From positions 103,850,001-103,914,000 of the forward strand of contig OX597814.1 in NCBI GenBank assembly GCA_951406725.2: 64,000 nucleotides of DNA, in the 5' to 3' direction. Positions 22,438-35,050 of the stretch are shown in pieces. A program made the translations under genes and the position numbers. The stretch comes from Octopus vulgaris (taxonomy: Eukaryota). The notes beneath the pieces were generated by a model, which saw only the letters and a list, made by a program, of their open reading frames with translations, was not told the origin of the DNA and did not search any database. Each line of letters opens with the position of its first letter. The first letter of the stretch is position 1.

Positions 22438-25400
22438 GTAAGTAGCCATTATCTTTCCGTTTGTTCTTCTTCTTCTTTGTGTTTTTATTCCGCCAATGTT
22501 TTTATTGACAGCCAAATATATTAGTGCGTATTTCCGTGTTTGCTATCAGTTGCCACAAATTGGGGGATCAATTTAAACATTAACTTAACGACCGATTGCA
22601 CCCCCATTTTGTGGCCCACCTTTACGGCCGGTTTCCCCAGCAGCCGCCGTATGACTCTATATGCTTCTTTATTCTATATTTCGCTCGTTTCTTTGCCATT
22701 CCAGTGTTGATACAAGCAAACAAACAGCAGAATTGTTGATTTATTTCTGCGAAAAATAAAAGCTAATCCCATGATTTCTACTTCAACGTTCTCGAAACTA
22801 CTTTTTTGCTTAAAGATAAACGACAAGTGGTCATAAAATGGAGGATTCGTGTGTCTTGAGGATGTTAGGGTGTATATATATATATATATATATACACATA
22901 TAAAGGATGTCACCGTGCGTGTGTGTGCATTATGTATATGCATGCATATATATGTGCATGTATATATCTGTTTATAGGATAAGACCGTGTGTCTTATATA
23001 TACATATGTATATGCATATAGTGCTTATTATATATGTATATATATATATATACATACAAGGAGATGCACGCACATATATATGTTTATACACATAGATGTC
23101 TGTATAAATATGCAGATAGAATTTATATACCCTGCACCATGCATACACATACATACCTATACAAATAATGCATAAATACATCAGATATATACATACATCT
23201 ATCTGTGCATGTGTATATAACTTTACACTTTATAAACATACTCTGAAGATCTTGTTACATTTTTTGTTGTATTTTATTTATCCCTGTTTTAATTTTTCGT
23301 TTGTAAATGAATTATAAATACTGGGTCTTGCTTCTATTAACCTCGAGGTTGTGTACAACCCACACTTGGGGCACCTTGTGCACCACTAAACATCCTGTAT
23401 ATATTGCTTACTCGTATACACACACATATATATCTACATACATATATACACTTATATAACACCCAACTGTTCACCCATCATTGGTTTAAAGTCTCTAGTA
23501 CCAGTCATTCTCTTTACCAATTAATTACGGTCTTCCTTCTATCAACTACCGGGATATCTTCGCACTTATTTCTTCCTCAAACCACTTGCAATAATAATAA
23601 TAATTTATTATTATTATTATGCCCGTTACATGTTCATTGTCGGGAATATTTCTGACAATGAAAGGTTGCCGTTTCTATTTTGTAGGAAATCGACGAAAAC
23701 GTTTCTACCCATGTTCGGAGTTGCTAACTATATTGGCCGGTTTGTTTATTTTTGTGTGTACATCTTAAGTGTTCTTCCATGTAGATTAAACACACCCAAC
23801 CACTAATTAGAGACACGTTTCGTCGTTTTTCCCACCTTTTTTCCCCCCACTTCAAATGACAACACTGTCCTAAAGAAGAAAAAAAAAAAAACAAGCTGTC
23901 ACATTTGCAACACTCGTGCTTGTCCCTAGTTGGGTCACTGCTAGTAGTAAACCCGTTGTCCCTCACTGCAAATAGCTGAGCTTTTAAACAATCTGTTATT
24001 GCTAGCACCGAACTCGAATATTCTCACGAATTCCTTGTCCTACTGTTGTTAAAATAGCAACGCATTCTTTCTGTTTGGTGTTTCCATTTATATAGATGTT
24101 GATGTCTTTTTAAAGAATTCGTAGAAAAATATACTACAGCAGGTACTCTTGTCGTGGACAGCAACTAGTAAATGAGATCAATATTATTGAAGTTATTCAT
24201 ATATATATAGATATAGATATATAAATGTGTGTGTGTATACAACGTGTCTTTGCGATATGAATGGATGCAAAATCAATGTTTTTATTCATTTAATGTCGCC
24301 TTAAAATTTATTTCAGATTGCAAATCTTAGAACCATGTTCCGGAATTCTTGAATTTCTTCTCCATTCTCTGCTCCGAGTAAAAGAAACAAGATTCTGAAC
24401 ACTGTACCCCTCACACTTTCTCATTTTGGGATGAGCTAGATAAAGGGAACACTATTTATTAAGGCCGTCGATGTTTTGGTTTAAGGAACTAAATTTGGAG
24501 ATCAGGGTGTTGTGTGAATGACGAAGAAACGGGAGTAGAAATAATCTCGATAGTTTTAGATGTTGTCTGGGACCTTCTTTCCCTGCCTCTGTTCTCTCCT
24601 CTAAAACTTTATAATTGTTTATGTTTAAGACTCTTCCCAGCTCCCTTGGACTTTAATATTCCTGTGATCTGGTAGTAATTAAAAAAGTATTTAAATTGTA
24701 ACATTCTCTAATTATTGCGTTTAACAATTAGATTTTCTTGAAAGATAATATCAACGACTACAACAATTTTCTGAAATGTAATTTTGTAATAATTTTTAAA
24801 ATGTGGAATTTTAACTTAATCCCTCTTGATTTTGATATTTCCCCGTGTTAATAATAATGTTCCACGTACACCTCCCTCAGTTTTATTTTTTGACAAACCA
24901 TACACACAATAAAATCTGGGTTTTAAAAGACGTATTAATTAGAATTAAACTGTTTTTATTAATTTTTAGACACTAATTGTTAAGACGGGATTAATTTGTG
25001 GTCCTAGTCCTTAAAATACTTCGGGCTTTGTGTTCGAGGATCAGTTTGGTGAGTTTGAATATCAACGGATGTTTTAAATTCTACCAGATAAAGCTTCTTT
25101 TTTTTTAAATAAAAATAAAAATAATTTTTCCGAAACAGTATATTTAAGGTGTTGAATATCCACCTATTGACTACAATAACCTCGCCATGTCGTGGTGGGA
25201 CCTGTTACTGAAGCACCTTTTGTTTAAAACCAGTTTGTAAGATAAACACATCGAGTGAGAATTTGTTCAACCACCGCACTGTGTACGTTGTCGCTACATA
25301 CAAATATTCTTTCGTTCATTAAACTCTATTTTCATGTTTTTCTTTGGAGAATTTTCCTTCTTAAACAGGGCTTTCCACTAGTGTTATGTCTTATGATGGA

Positions 25401-26295
25401 GCAGGGTGGGGCAGTATCGCCAGCAACATTACTGTCCTTCACCTCTCATCCTTGCACTTTTTACTTCTGGTTACCACTTCCTTCTCCAAGAATATTTAAC
25501 TAGGAGCTCTACATCTCTCCCCTCTTCTTTCCCCCTATAGTTTTCTTAAAGCCTTCTCGGACTATACAATAAACATATCGTTCTCCTTTCTTCAGTTTAA
25601 AGCGAGTTTGTTTACTTTCCTATGTCAACAGTCCTGTTTTTGCCCTTTCTTTCACAGCACCACCAACCCCACAGTTTTACCACTATAAATGGATGTGTGT
25701 GTGTGTGTAAGTAACCTTCCCCCCAAAACCACTTCAAGGCACGCATCCACCTTTTAAAAGCCCCATTTTTCCCCCCCTTTTCTCCGTCTCTTCTGTTAAT
25801 TCTTGTCTTCCCTCCTTTTCCTTCTAAACCGCCTGTCGTTGCTCAATTGTTGCTACGTAATTCATTCTTATCTAAACTTCATTACACCTTATTTCTCCAT
25901 ATTTTTACCACCCACCCCTTAATTAATTCACACTACCCCACTCATGTCGTTAAGAAGTTCATTAGGAGGCCACCCGCCCCAGCGGAATATCCCCCACGTC
26001 ACGTTATTCATTTAACCCGCTATTAACCCTTCTATCCCCCACCATTTACCCCACCCTCCAATTACTGTTCCTTGTATTTCTTTCTTCTTTCACTCATCAA
26101 TTAATATTTAATTATTTCGTGCCAGGATTAATTATTAATTATATGAGACACACTTATGTATATATATATATAAACCTATATATATATACACCTATATATA
26201 TAAACCTATATATAAAAAAAATATATACATATATAAACCTATAAATAAAAAAAACATGTATATATACCTATATATATAAACCTATATACATACAT

Positions 26296-26361
<66 letters not shown>

Positions 26362-27462
26362 AATTTAAAAATTGCTCAGAAATACGACGACAAAAGGAAC
26401 GCACGGAAAATTCACACCCAAGCCGTGGACCTGCTCTTTCCTCATCACTTATCCAAAAATCATAACAATTTCACGCCTTTAGCGATGTGTGTGTATGTGT
26501 GTGTAGTAATAATTTATCTTTTTTACTTTTTTTCCCCATCAGGTTTTCTGTCAATAGTAGTAGCCAGCAGCTTTAAATATTTACTTTCCCCTCTCTGCAA
26601 ATAATATAGTATTAGAAAGGGGGGAGGGTTATGTTGCAGTCTTATTAACAACTGCTCAGGCCGGGAGTTGCTTTTGGGAGGTCCTTCGTCCGCTCTCTCT
26701 CTCTCTCTCTCATTAATATCTACAGGACGTCGAATCACCATCATCATCATCACCATCATCATCATATGTACAGCCAATAGTAGTAGTAGTACTGACAGTA
26801 GTAATAGTAGTATCAGCGGCTTCTTCCCCGACAAACGGTCTGGACAGTTTTTACCTTATGGAGCACTTCTGCAGATTTAGCCCAGCATTCCGTTGAAAGA
26901 AAAGACCGAAATCTAACCAAGACCGGGCTTTCGAATGCTGAATGAAATCAAGAAAATAGGATGGACTACAAATAATTTATATTCTGGTTGATTCTTATTT
27001 TAGACATGACGCAGAATAGGAGAAACTTTCGTATGGTTTCGCTGAACAAGAAGAATTTCTTTTAAAATATTGTCGTCATTTAATTGATACAATCTGTCTG
27101 TAGATGCCATTCTTAGGAGTTGAAGAATATAATTCATAAAAAAGAAATATAATAATAACAATAATAATATTATCTTTGCTTTCTCAATGTTATTTTTTTT
27201 TTTCAATGAATGAACAGCAAGTGAAAGTAAATAGTGTTTAAGATCTTTATTGACTGTCGGATTTACGACTGAACCAGCTTTTATTATCTTCATAATCCAC
27301 AGTCAACCGTTTGAAACGATTGAATAGAAGGAAACTTATTTCTTGGACGATCAAGATCTGAAGAGCAGCTGCTTTGAAAAAAGAAACCTCAAGGGGTTCT
27401 TTATTTCGTTTAAGAAAGAAAGAAAAAAATTCTTATTACGTGTGTCGGACATACATACATAC

Positions 27463-27524
<62 letters not shown>

Positions 27525-28015
27525 CGAGCTATTTGACGATTATATAACCCAAGGAAGAAGTGAAAGAAAGGAAACGAGAGGACAGAGAAAGACAATTGGA
27601 TTTCTTTATATTTTCCTTCTTTAATCAGCTCAAGTCAGGTGTGGAGAAGAATTAACATGTGGATTTCGAGCGGATCTTAGTGAGGATCAATTTCTTATCA
27701 CCATCATCATCACCACCATCACATTATCCGTTTTTTTCCCCCTTTCTATATAAATATATGAATTATTAATAGAATTTTTTTTCTTCCTTTCTGTTCATTT
27801 TAATGCATTTAATTTTTAATTATTCTAATTTAATGTCTTGAAGATTTACCATTTTGTCTAAATTCCTACTATAATTAGTCACCCAGTAAAATACCTGTGA
27901 CGCAACAACAACAACAACAGCAACACTGCCTACCGCGACGTTTTACCAATTCTTTCATGCTGGTCTAATCGAGTCGGCCATTTCTAACTCTCTTTCGCTG
28001 TCTGTCTGTCTCTCT

Positions 28016-28052
<37 letters not shown>

Positions 28053-28255
28053 TTCGTCCCCAACCCACCCCTCTCAATCCATTCCATGACGGAAGCATGC
28101 AAAAATATGCTAATTTAATTTTCTCATGCAGCTCTTCGTTCTTTCCTTCGTTCTTTCCTTCCTTCCTTTCTTCCTTCCTTCCTTCCTTTCTGTCGTCTCT
28201 CCATTTACTTTCTTCTCTCCTTATGTTCCAGCCTCTGTACGTGTGTATGTAGAGA

Positions 28256-28291
<36 letters not shown>

Positions 28292-28729
28292 TAAGCACGC
28301 GCATCATTGCTGCTACCAACATCACCTAAGGCTGATTGTTACGTTATTATTATTATCATTATCATTATTGTTGTTGTTGTTGTCTCCCTCACCAGATGCC
28401 ATTCTGGCAAATAAAAGAAATCATCATCATTATTATTATTTCACCGTTATTTTTGTTACATCTAGTTTTAATTTTCAACCATCAGGTGCATATAACTTGT
28501 CTGTTATATAAAATATCTTATCTGCCTGAGGAGGTGGGTACCTCCCCCACCCACCCTGACATCCTCCTTCCCTTGAAATACCAATTTTAACCCTATTTTG
28601 GTCAAACCAACTGCTTGACATTGATTCAGTTTCTGATTAACCAATTTAATTAGCTAAATAAGAACATTATATATTTATCTATCTATCTACCTGTCTACTT
28701 ACCTGTCTGTAAGTGTGTGTATAAATATA

Positions 28730-28771
<42 letters not shown>

Positions 28772-28779
28772 CATACATA

Positions 28780-28811
<32 letters not shown>

Positions 28812-28835
28812 CCCATACATATGTGTGTGTGTGTG

Positions 28836-28888
<53 letters not shown>

Positions 28889-29983
28889 ATACCCACATGA
28901 AATGCATGTGTGTAAATATTTGTCTTTGTCAGAAAGGTCATTTATTTTTTGTATCAGAGTTCATGAATAAGAATCAGATCTCATGAGGAAAAGTTAGCTA
29001 CAATGGGGCTGACATCCTTTCCATGAGATCATTCATCTCTCTTTTGCAAAATGTAGCTTTTATTTAATGAACCCTGCAGGACATGATGACCTGCGCTTTA
29101 ACCCTTTCACTATAGAAGTTGTCCAAAACTGATTGTCCGTCTGTCATGATTTCTTTTTTCTAGAAAAGTATAAAAATTTCAGTTTTGAAATTTTAATTTT
29201 CACAATTTATGTGGCCTGGGCTACTGGTTGAAATTTTAATTAGGGTGCTCACAATTTTACAGTAGAAATCAAAGTAGAGGCTTACGGTGGGAATTATTTT
29301 CACTTTGTTTAGTTTAGAAACCGAATCTGTTGAGTTGGGTGGATGATTCTAGAAAGTCAGGTGTCAGTAATAATTGAAGCAGCAAGTTCTGTTTTTTAAT
29401 TTAATTTTTTTTTTAAACCCTTGAATGCTTTTTGTATTAACCAAGGTTAATTAACAGTCCTCATTAATAGAAAGGGTTTGAGTGACCTTCAGTAAGATAT
29501 TTGGTTTCTGGTTCATTATAAACCCAAATCAAATTTATTCAATATTAACATTGAAATATTTGAGAGGAAATTCATAAATTCCCATTATTAGGATTAATTT
29601 CTGAACCTGAGGAGAATAGTATTTCTCTTGGAACTATTGAACAAATAACATGCAAATATAATCAAGGACAAATCCCTTGAATGTCAGGTTAATGTGTATT
29701 ACACAAAAATAACTTCAAAACCAATATTGTTCTTGATGGTGGGAAAGGGAATGTATGATGGAAGGTTCAACGAAATTGGAGTGACCAAGGTGTTGCCAGA
29801 CTGGGCATTATCAAGGACAATGTTTTTTGGTTGCTTACTCTTGTGAATTTGAAACTTTCTAAAGTTAGACTCAGTTTTTCAGCTTCATTGAATCAATATA
29901 GTAAATAACCAGTAAGATTCTGGGATAAAATTGGCCACAGGTGAGGCTGATAATCTATTGGTGAAAATTAGCATTTTCTGCAG

Positions 29984-30255
29984 CAGTGGTTCTCAGCCAG
30001 GGTTTACATGACCCTTGGGGGTGGGGTGGGGTCATTTTCTTCTTAAAATGTATGTACAATAAATTGGTTAGACTTCTGCAATGCACAAAATATTTTAAGT
30101 AATTTTTTTTTATACAATTCCTGGTAATATTTAATTTTAAAAATAGAATAAGAATTTTTTAAGCATCAGATAGCTAGGAGGGTCCACTAGAGTAAAATAG
30201 AAATCAAAGGGATCCATAGGTAAAAAAAAAAAAGAAGGGGGATTCAGAACCTGTG
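29984..30255. mobile_element. hAT (Charlie-like) MITE
   Basis: Left end CAGTGGTTCTCAGCC, degenerate right end TCAGAACCTGTG, 8-bp TSD TTCTGCAG/TTCTACAG. A similar right end lies near 62556. Confidence 0.7.
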
Positions 30256-30289
30256 TTCTACAGCATCACTGCCACTGCCTTGTCTAATT

Positions 30290-30510
30290 GTCACCACATT
30301 TCTATTGGAATTCACTGCTTTTGCTGCAATTAATTTTGAAAAGAATGAAAAAAATTAGTAAAATAACTTTGTTGTTAATAAGCAGGTGTTTAGAATATAA
30401 ATTAAAATGACATTTTGACGCAAGGTTTTAAATTCAGATCATTTTAAAAGCAGAAAGTTTGTTTTGTAAAACTAAGGGTTATCTCAGGTGGGAATGGATG
30501 AAAAGGGTTA
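30290..30510. mobile_element. Old non-autonomous DNA element ending AAAGGGTTAA (piggyBac-like end); related reverse copy ~57920-58145
   Basis: The two loci are similar in reverse orientation; AGGG|TTAA terminus. Confidence 0.45.
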
Positions 30511-31162
30511 AAGACATTCAGGTGTCAAGGTGGTATATATGGGGTACTCTAATACTCTTATACAGGTGTCATTAACTTGCTGTTCTCAAGTGAAATCTGT
30601 TCCCAACCAAAGCTATGATGATGGGTTGATATTCTGTCTTGAAGATTAAAATATTCCTCAAACATTCAACATCTTGAAGTAAATTGTGACATCAAATGGT
30701 TTTGGCTGTTGAGACATATGTTGTCCTGTGTGCTCTGATTTTCTTCAGTGCTGACCAAAGATGATGATGGAATGTCAACGAAGAATTTTGTTTAGCTTTG
30801 CATCGTTACAGAACAAACTATTGGATGATTTGTAAGAAGTGAGTTGATTCTGAAATGAAATCTTTAATTTTGGCAAGTTTTCAAACAAGCACCAATTATC
30901 TCCTATATTCTAAAAATATGCCAATTTAAATGCCCTTGGCTCCCCTAAACAAAATAATTCATTTTACCAATTATATAAAATGTAATTTGTAAGGTAGGTT
31001 CATTTCCTGCTGAATAAACAAATATTTGAAATTTTAGTTCATCTCTTAACTATTATTGGTTATTGATCTGGGGGTTATTGGGTGTTTAAAATCTAAAAAC
31101 AAATTCTGAAAATGAATGTAAAACCTCTTGATTTCCTTAAATCCAGTGAAACATTTTAACCA

Positions 31163-31500
31163 ATTCTGTTGTGTCTGAGGAGAGTCATTTTCTTTTTGTG
31201 CCTTATAATTGAAAACACACCCACCGGTAAAATTTCCACTTTTTTCTTATTTTTATTTTCCTAAAATTTTCGTTGCGTCTTGCAACCTTTTCAATAGAGT
31301 CAAAACTATTGAAAAGGTTGCAAGACGCAACGAAAATTTTCAGAAAATAAAAATACAAAATAAGTGGAAATTTTACCGATGAGTGTGTTATATTATAAGG
31401 CACAAAAAGAAAATGACTCTCCCCAGACACAACAGAATATGCTTCAACACACAAACTCATATAAAGAATCTTGCAAACCAAACCCAAAAACGAAATATTT
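31163..31500 (+). mobile_element. Fold-back-plus-tail element, copy 1, with a U3-A8 hammerhead variant at the apex
   Basis: Arms 31163-31297 and 31306-31438, loop AGTCAAAA, ~60-nt tail; imperfect 17-bp flanking direct repeat at 31148-31164 and 31492-31508. Confidence 0.88.
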
Positions 31501-32089
31501 TATCCAATGTTTGTAAATTTTAGTTTTTTTATTTGTAAATTGAACCAAAATCAGGAATCAAAAGAAGGTTCTCATCTGTGATTTCAAAGAATTGTTAGCC
31601 AACCATAGACTTAGTTTAGATTCCAGTTGTAGAAGTCCAACAAATTGAGCAACTCAGTTATAAAATGTGAGAGCAGCCAGGTACAGGTGAACTCTTGTAA
31701 TCTGATATGAATTCCCCCACCTACCACCACCTATTGATGGTATTTAACAGAACAATGTGTAAAGGGGTTTGGCGTAGTGTAGCCACCAATTCTACATTCT
31801 CTGGACAACAAGAAACTCTGTTCCATAAAGTTAGTCATTTGTGAGTAAAACAAAACCTGGTAATTAACAACACACAGTATAATTAACAATAGAAAATATA
31901 ATTAACAAAAAAGAATTAGTAATTGTTTATCATTATGACATATTATAATTACCGAAATAGGTAATATTATTATTCTAGTTTTGGTGGAGGATTCTTTTAT
32001 GTAATTAGAGAAATTGATTGACTCATATTATCACATGCTTCCAAAATCATCATCATCATCATTATTATTGTTATTGTTGTTATTATTAA

Positions 32090-32500
32090 GGAAATGAACT
32101 GGCAGAATTGCTCACATATGTTAAGCAAGATACTCGATGGCATTTCTTCCTGTTCTTTACATTCTGAGTTCAAATTGTGCTAAAGTCAACTTTGCCTTTC
32201 AGGGTTAGTAAAAAAAGTGCTAGTCAAGTGCCAGGTTTGATGTAACCAACTAACCCCCACCCCACCCAAACAACCAACCACCCTCTAAAACTCATGACCA
32301 TCGATCAAAATTTTAAACCGGATGAAATGCTTGTTGGCATTTCATTCATCTTTACATTTTGCGTTGAAATTTTGCCAAGGTCGACTTTGCCTTTCATCCT
32401 TTTGAGGGTCTATAAAATAAGTACCAGTTGCGTACTGGGGCCAATATGATTGACTACCCCTTCCTCCAGACATTGTGCCTTTAGTAGAAAGAATTATTAT
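32090..32500 (+). mobile_element. Two diverged SINE family A copies (further copies ~36295-36505 plus, ~40330-40525 minus)
   Basis: GTC(G/A)ACTTTGCCTTTCA core and head or tail similarity. Confidence 0.7.
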
Positions 32501-32559
32501 TGTCCTTATAACTAGTAACTGAGACCTTTTGGCAATATGCCATGCTTGAGAAGAGCTGT

Positions 32560-33125
32560 CAAGCCAAGAGGAATCGCAGTCATGGCCAATGTAACTGGCA
32601 CTCGTGCCAGCCACATGTAAAAAGGCAACTTTTGAGCATTGGGCCTCACAGTGGCAAGGTGGCTGATGCTAGTGTCGCGTAACAAGTGTGCAGGTGGCAC
32701 ATAAAAAACATCTTTCAAGTGTTGGATCTCATGGAGGCAACATGACTGATGCTGGTGTCGCGTGACAAGCACCTGTGCTGGTGGCACATAAAAGGCACCT
32801 TTTGAGCGTTGGACCTCATGAAAACAATGGCAAATGACTAAGACCCTTAGCGATAAGCTGTGCTTGAGTAGAAGAGCCATCAAGCTGAGTGAAACTGTAG
32901 TTGTGACAAATATGGGTGTCATGCAAATGGCCCCCATGCTGGTGGCACATAAAAGTAGCCATTACACTCTCAGAGTGGTAAGCATTAGGAAGGGCATCGA
33001 ACTGGAGAAAACCATGCCAAATCAGACTGGAGTTTGGTGCAGTCCCTCGGCTTACCAACCCTGGTCAAACCATCCAACCCATGCCAGCATGGACAATGGA
33101 CATTAAATGATGATGATGATGATTG
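32560..33125 (+). mobile_element. RTE LINE 3'-end fragment with (GAT)n tail
   Basis: TTAGGAAGGGCATC...CCAACCCATGCCAGCATGG...(GAT)n, the same 3' end as the LINE at 40585-42750. Further copies: ~33795-33980, 34303-34475, 36978-37180, 37662-38100 (minus); 39938-40229, 50740-50990, 60772-61035, 63830-64000 (plus). Confidence 0.8.
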
Positions 33126-33985
33126 TTATTATGAGGAATTGTATTTGCTTAGATTGTCATGTTCTGAGGTTTGCTGTTTCCATTGTTTTGAGTCTTAGAG
33201 TCACCAACTCCAAAGAAACAATTGTTGAAATTGTCTTACCACTAGTGCTTTTTTTATGTGGCACCAGCATATAATTCTACGATTAATAATTAACAACATA
33301 AGACTTATAGAAATAGAGAAAACTATATTAATTAATGGACTTATACAAAACAAGGTTAATTACCAGACTTAATCGTGATTAATTGAGACCTCAGGTGATT
33401 TGAGTAAACACATTGCTAATAGGGATACCAGGGTTAAATCAGATTCTTTTCTGTCTGTGGTCAAAGAAATGATCTGCAGTGATGATGATGATGATAATGA
33501 AGCTGATCAAATCACTTTCCTTTTTTCTGGTCGCAGAAACATTTCAGGTTAAACTATAATTATTTAGTCGTTAGTGTTAGGTTAAGGGAATGTGTTTACT
33601 AAAACACGCTCCTGCATGGAAATCTGTCAACACCACATAAGCTGTGCAGTAGTTAAGCTTATACAGAATTCATTAACGTATCTTATAACATTATATAATG
33701 CTGTCATTTTTCTAAATATTAATTTCCAGATAATCAAATACAAAAAACAGAAACTGACCTAGAGTTTATTGTCGGTTGTCTATACATGTGTGTATCATCA
33801 TCATCATTTAATGTCCATTTTCCATGCTGGCATGAGTTGAATGGTTTGACAGGAGATGGCAAGGGTGGAGAGCTGTACCAGGCTTCAAGTGTCTGTTTTG
33901 CCATGGGTTTTTACAGTTGGATGCCCTTCCTAATGCCAAGCACTTCACAGTGTGTACTTTTTTCCTTTTTACATGGCACAAGCGT

Positions 33986-34015
<30 letters not shown>

Positions 34016-34020
<5 letters not shown>

Positions 34021-34302
34021 TGTATGTATATAAATATATATATATATATATTAGTATGTATGTATATAAATATATATATATATATATTAGTATGTATGTA
34101 TATAAATATATATATATATATATATTAGTATGTATGTATATAAATATATATATATATATATTAGTATGTATGTATATAAATATATATATATATATATATT
34201 AGTATGTATGTATATAAATATATATATATATATATATTAGTATGTATGTATATAAATATATATATATATATATTAGTATGTATGTATATAAATATATATA
34301 TA
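34016..34302. repeat. Minisatellite of TAGTATGTATGTATATAAA(TA)n units, ~8 copies
   Basis: Seen directly; unit length varies only with the TA count. Confidence 0.92.
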
Positions 34303-34699
34303 TCATCATTGTTTAACATCCGCTTTCCATGCTGGCATGGGTTGGACGGTTCAACCGGGGTCTGGGAAGCTAGGTGGCTGCACCAGGCTCCAGTCTGATC
34401 TGGCAATGTTTCTACAGCTGGATGCCCTTCCTAACGCCAACCACTCCGTGAGTGTGGTGGGCGCTTTGTACGTGCTGTGTGTGTATGTATTTTGGCTTTT
34501 AAAGTTTCTTCTCTTTTTCAGTCAGTCAGGTTTATGTTGAAGCATAAACCTGGCTTTTACACATGTCTCCACTCCACCCCAAAGTCCCTACACTATTGTT
34601 GAAAACACACACACCATCATCATCATCATTGCACCACGTCCTAATCCTTTCTGGGAATTCCATGTTGTTCGCCATTTTCATTATTGCATTTGAAGATGG

Positions 34700-35050
34700 A
34701 GTCATTTGATTGTGGCCATGCTGGGGCACTGCCTTCAGGAATTTTATCCTAATGAATCAACCCCAGTACCTTTTTTTTTTTTTTAATGCCTGATACATAT
34801 TCTGTCAATCTCTTTTGCTGAACTGCTAAGTTACAGGGATGTAAACACACCAACACCAGTTGTCAAACGGTGGTGGGGCACAAACACGCAACAGGCTTCT
34901 TACAGTTTCTGTCTACCAAATCCACTGACAAGGCTTTGGTCAGCCTAAATCTATAGTAGAAGAACTCGCCCAAGGTGTTGCACAGTGGGATCAAACCTCA
35001 AAGCATGAGGTTCGGGAGCAAACGTCTTACTGCACACCAATGCCTGCACC
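34700..35050 (-). mobile_element. SINE family B (others ~44520-44900 plus; B-head/RTE-tail forms ~37290-37660 plus and ~48470-48915 minus)
   Basis: Body and tail similarity to 4388-4808. Confidence 0.75.

Noticed and set aside
28481-28532. Possible small exon (cag|GTG...GAG|gtgggt) as UBASH3 exon 2
   Set aside because: It has a stop in the required phase and no UBA continuation.
29125-29150. TGATTGTCC match to the miR-219 5' end
   Set aside because: The match stops after 9 nt and no precursor hairpin is evident.
34016-34302. Regularly spaced repeat resembling a CRISPR array
   Set aside because: The spacers are only (TA)n, there are no cas genes and the context is eukaryotic.
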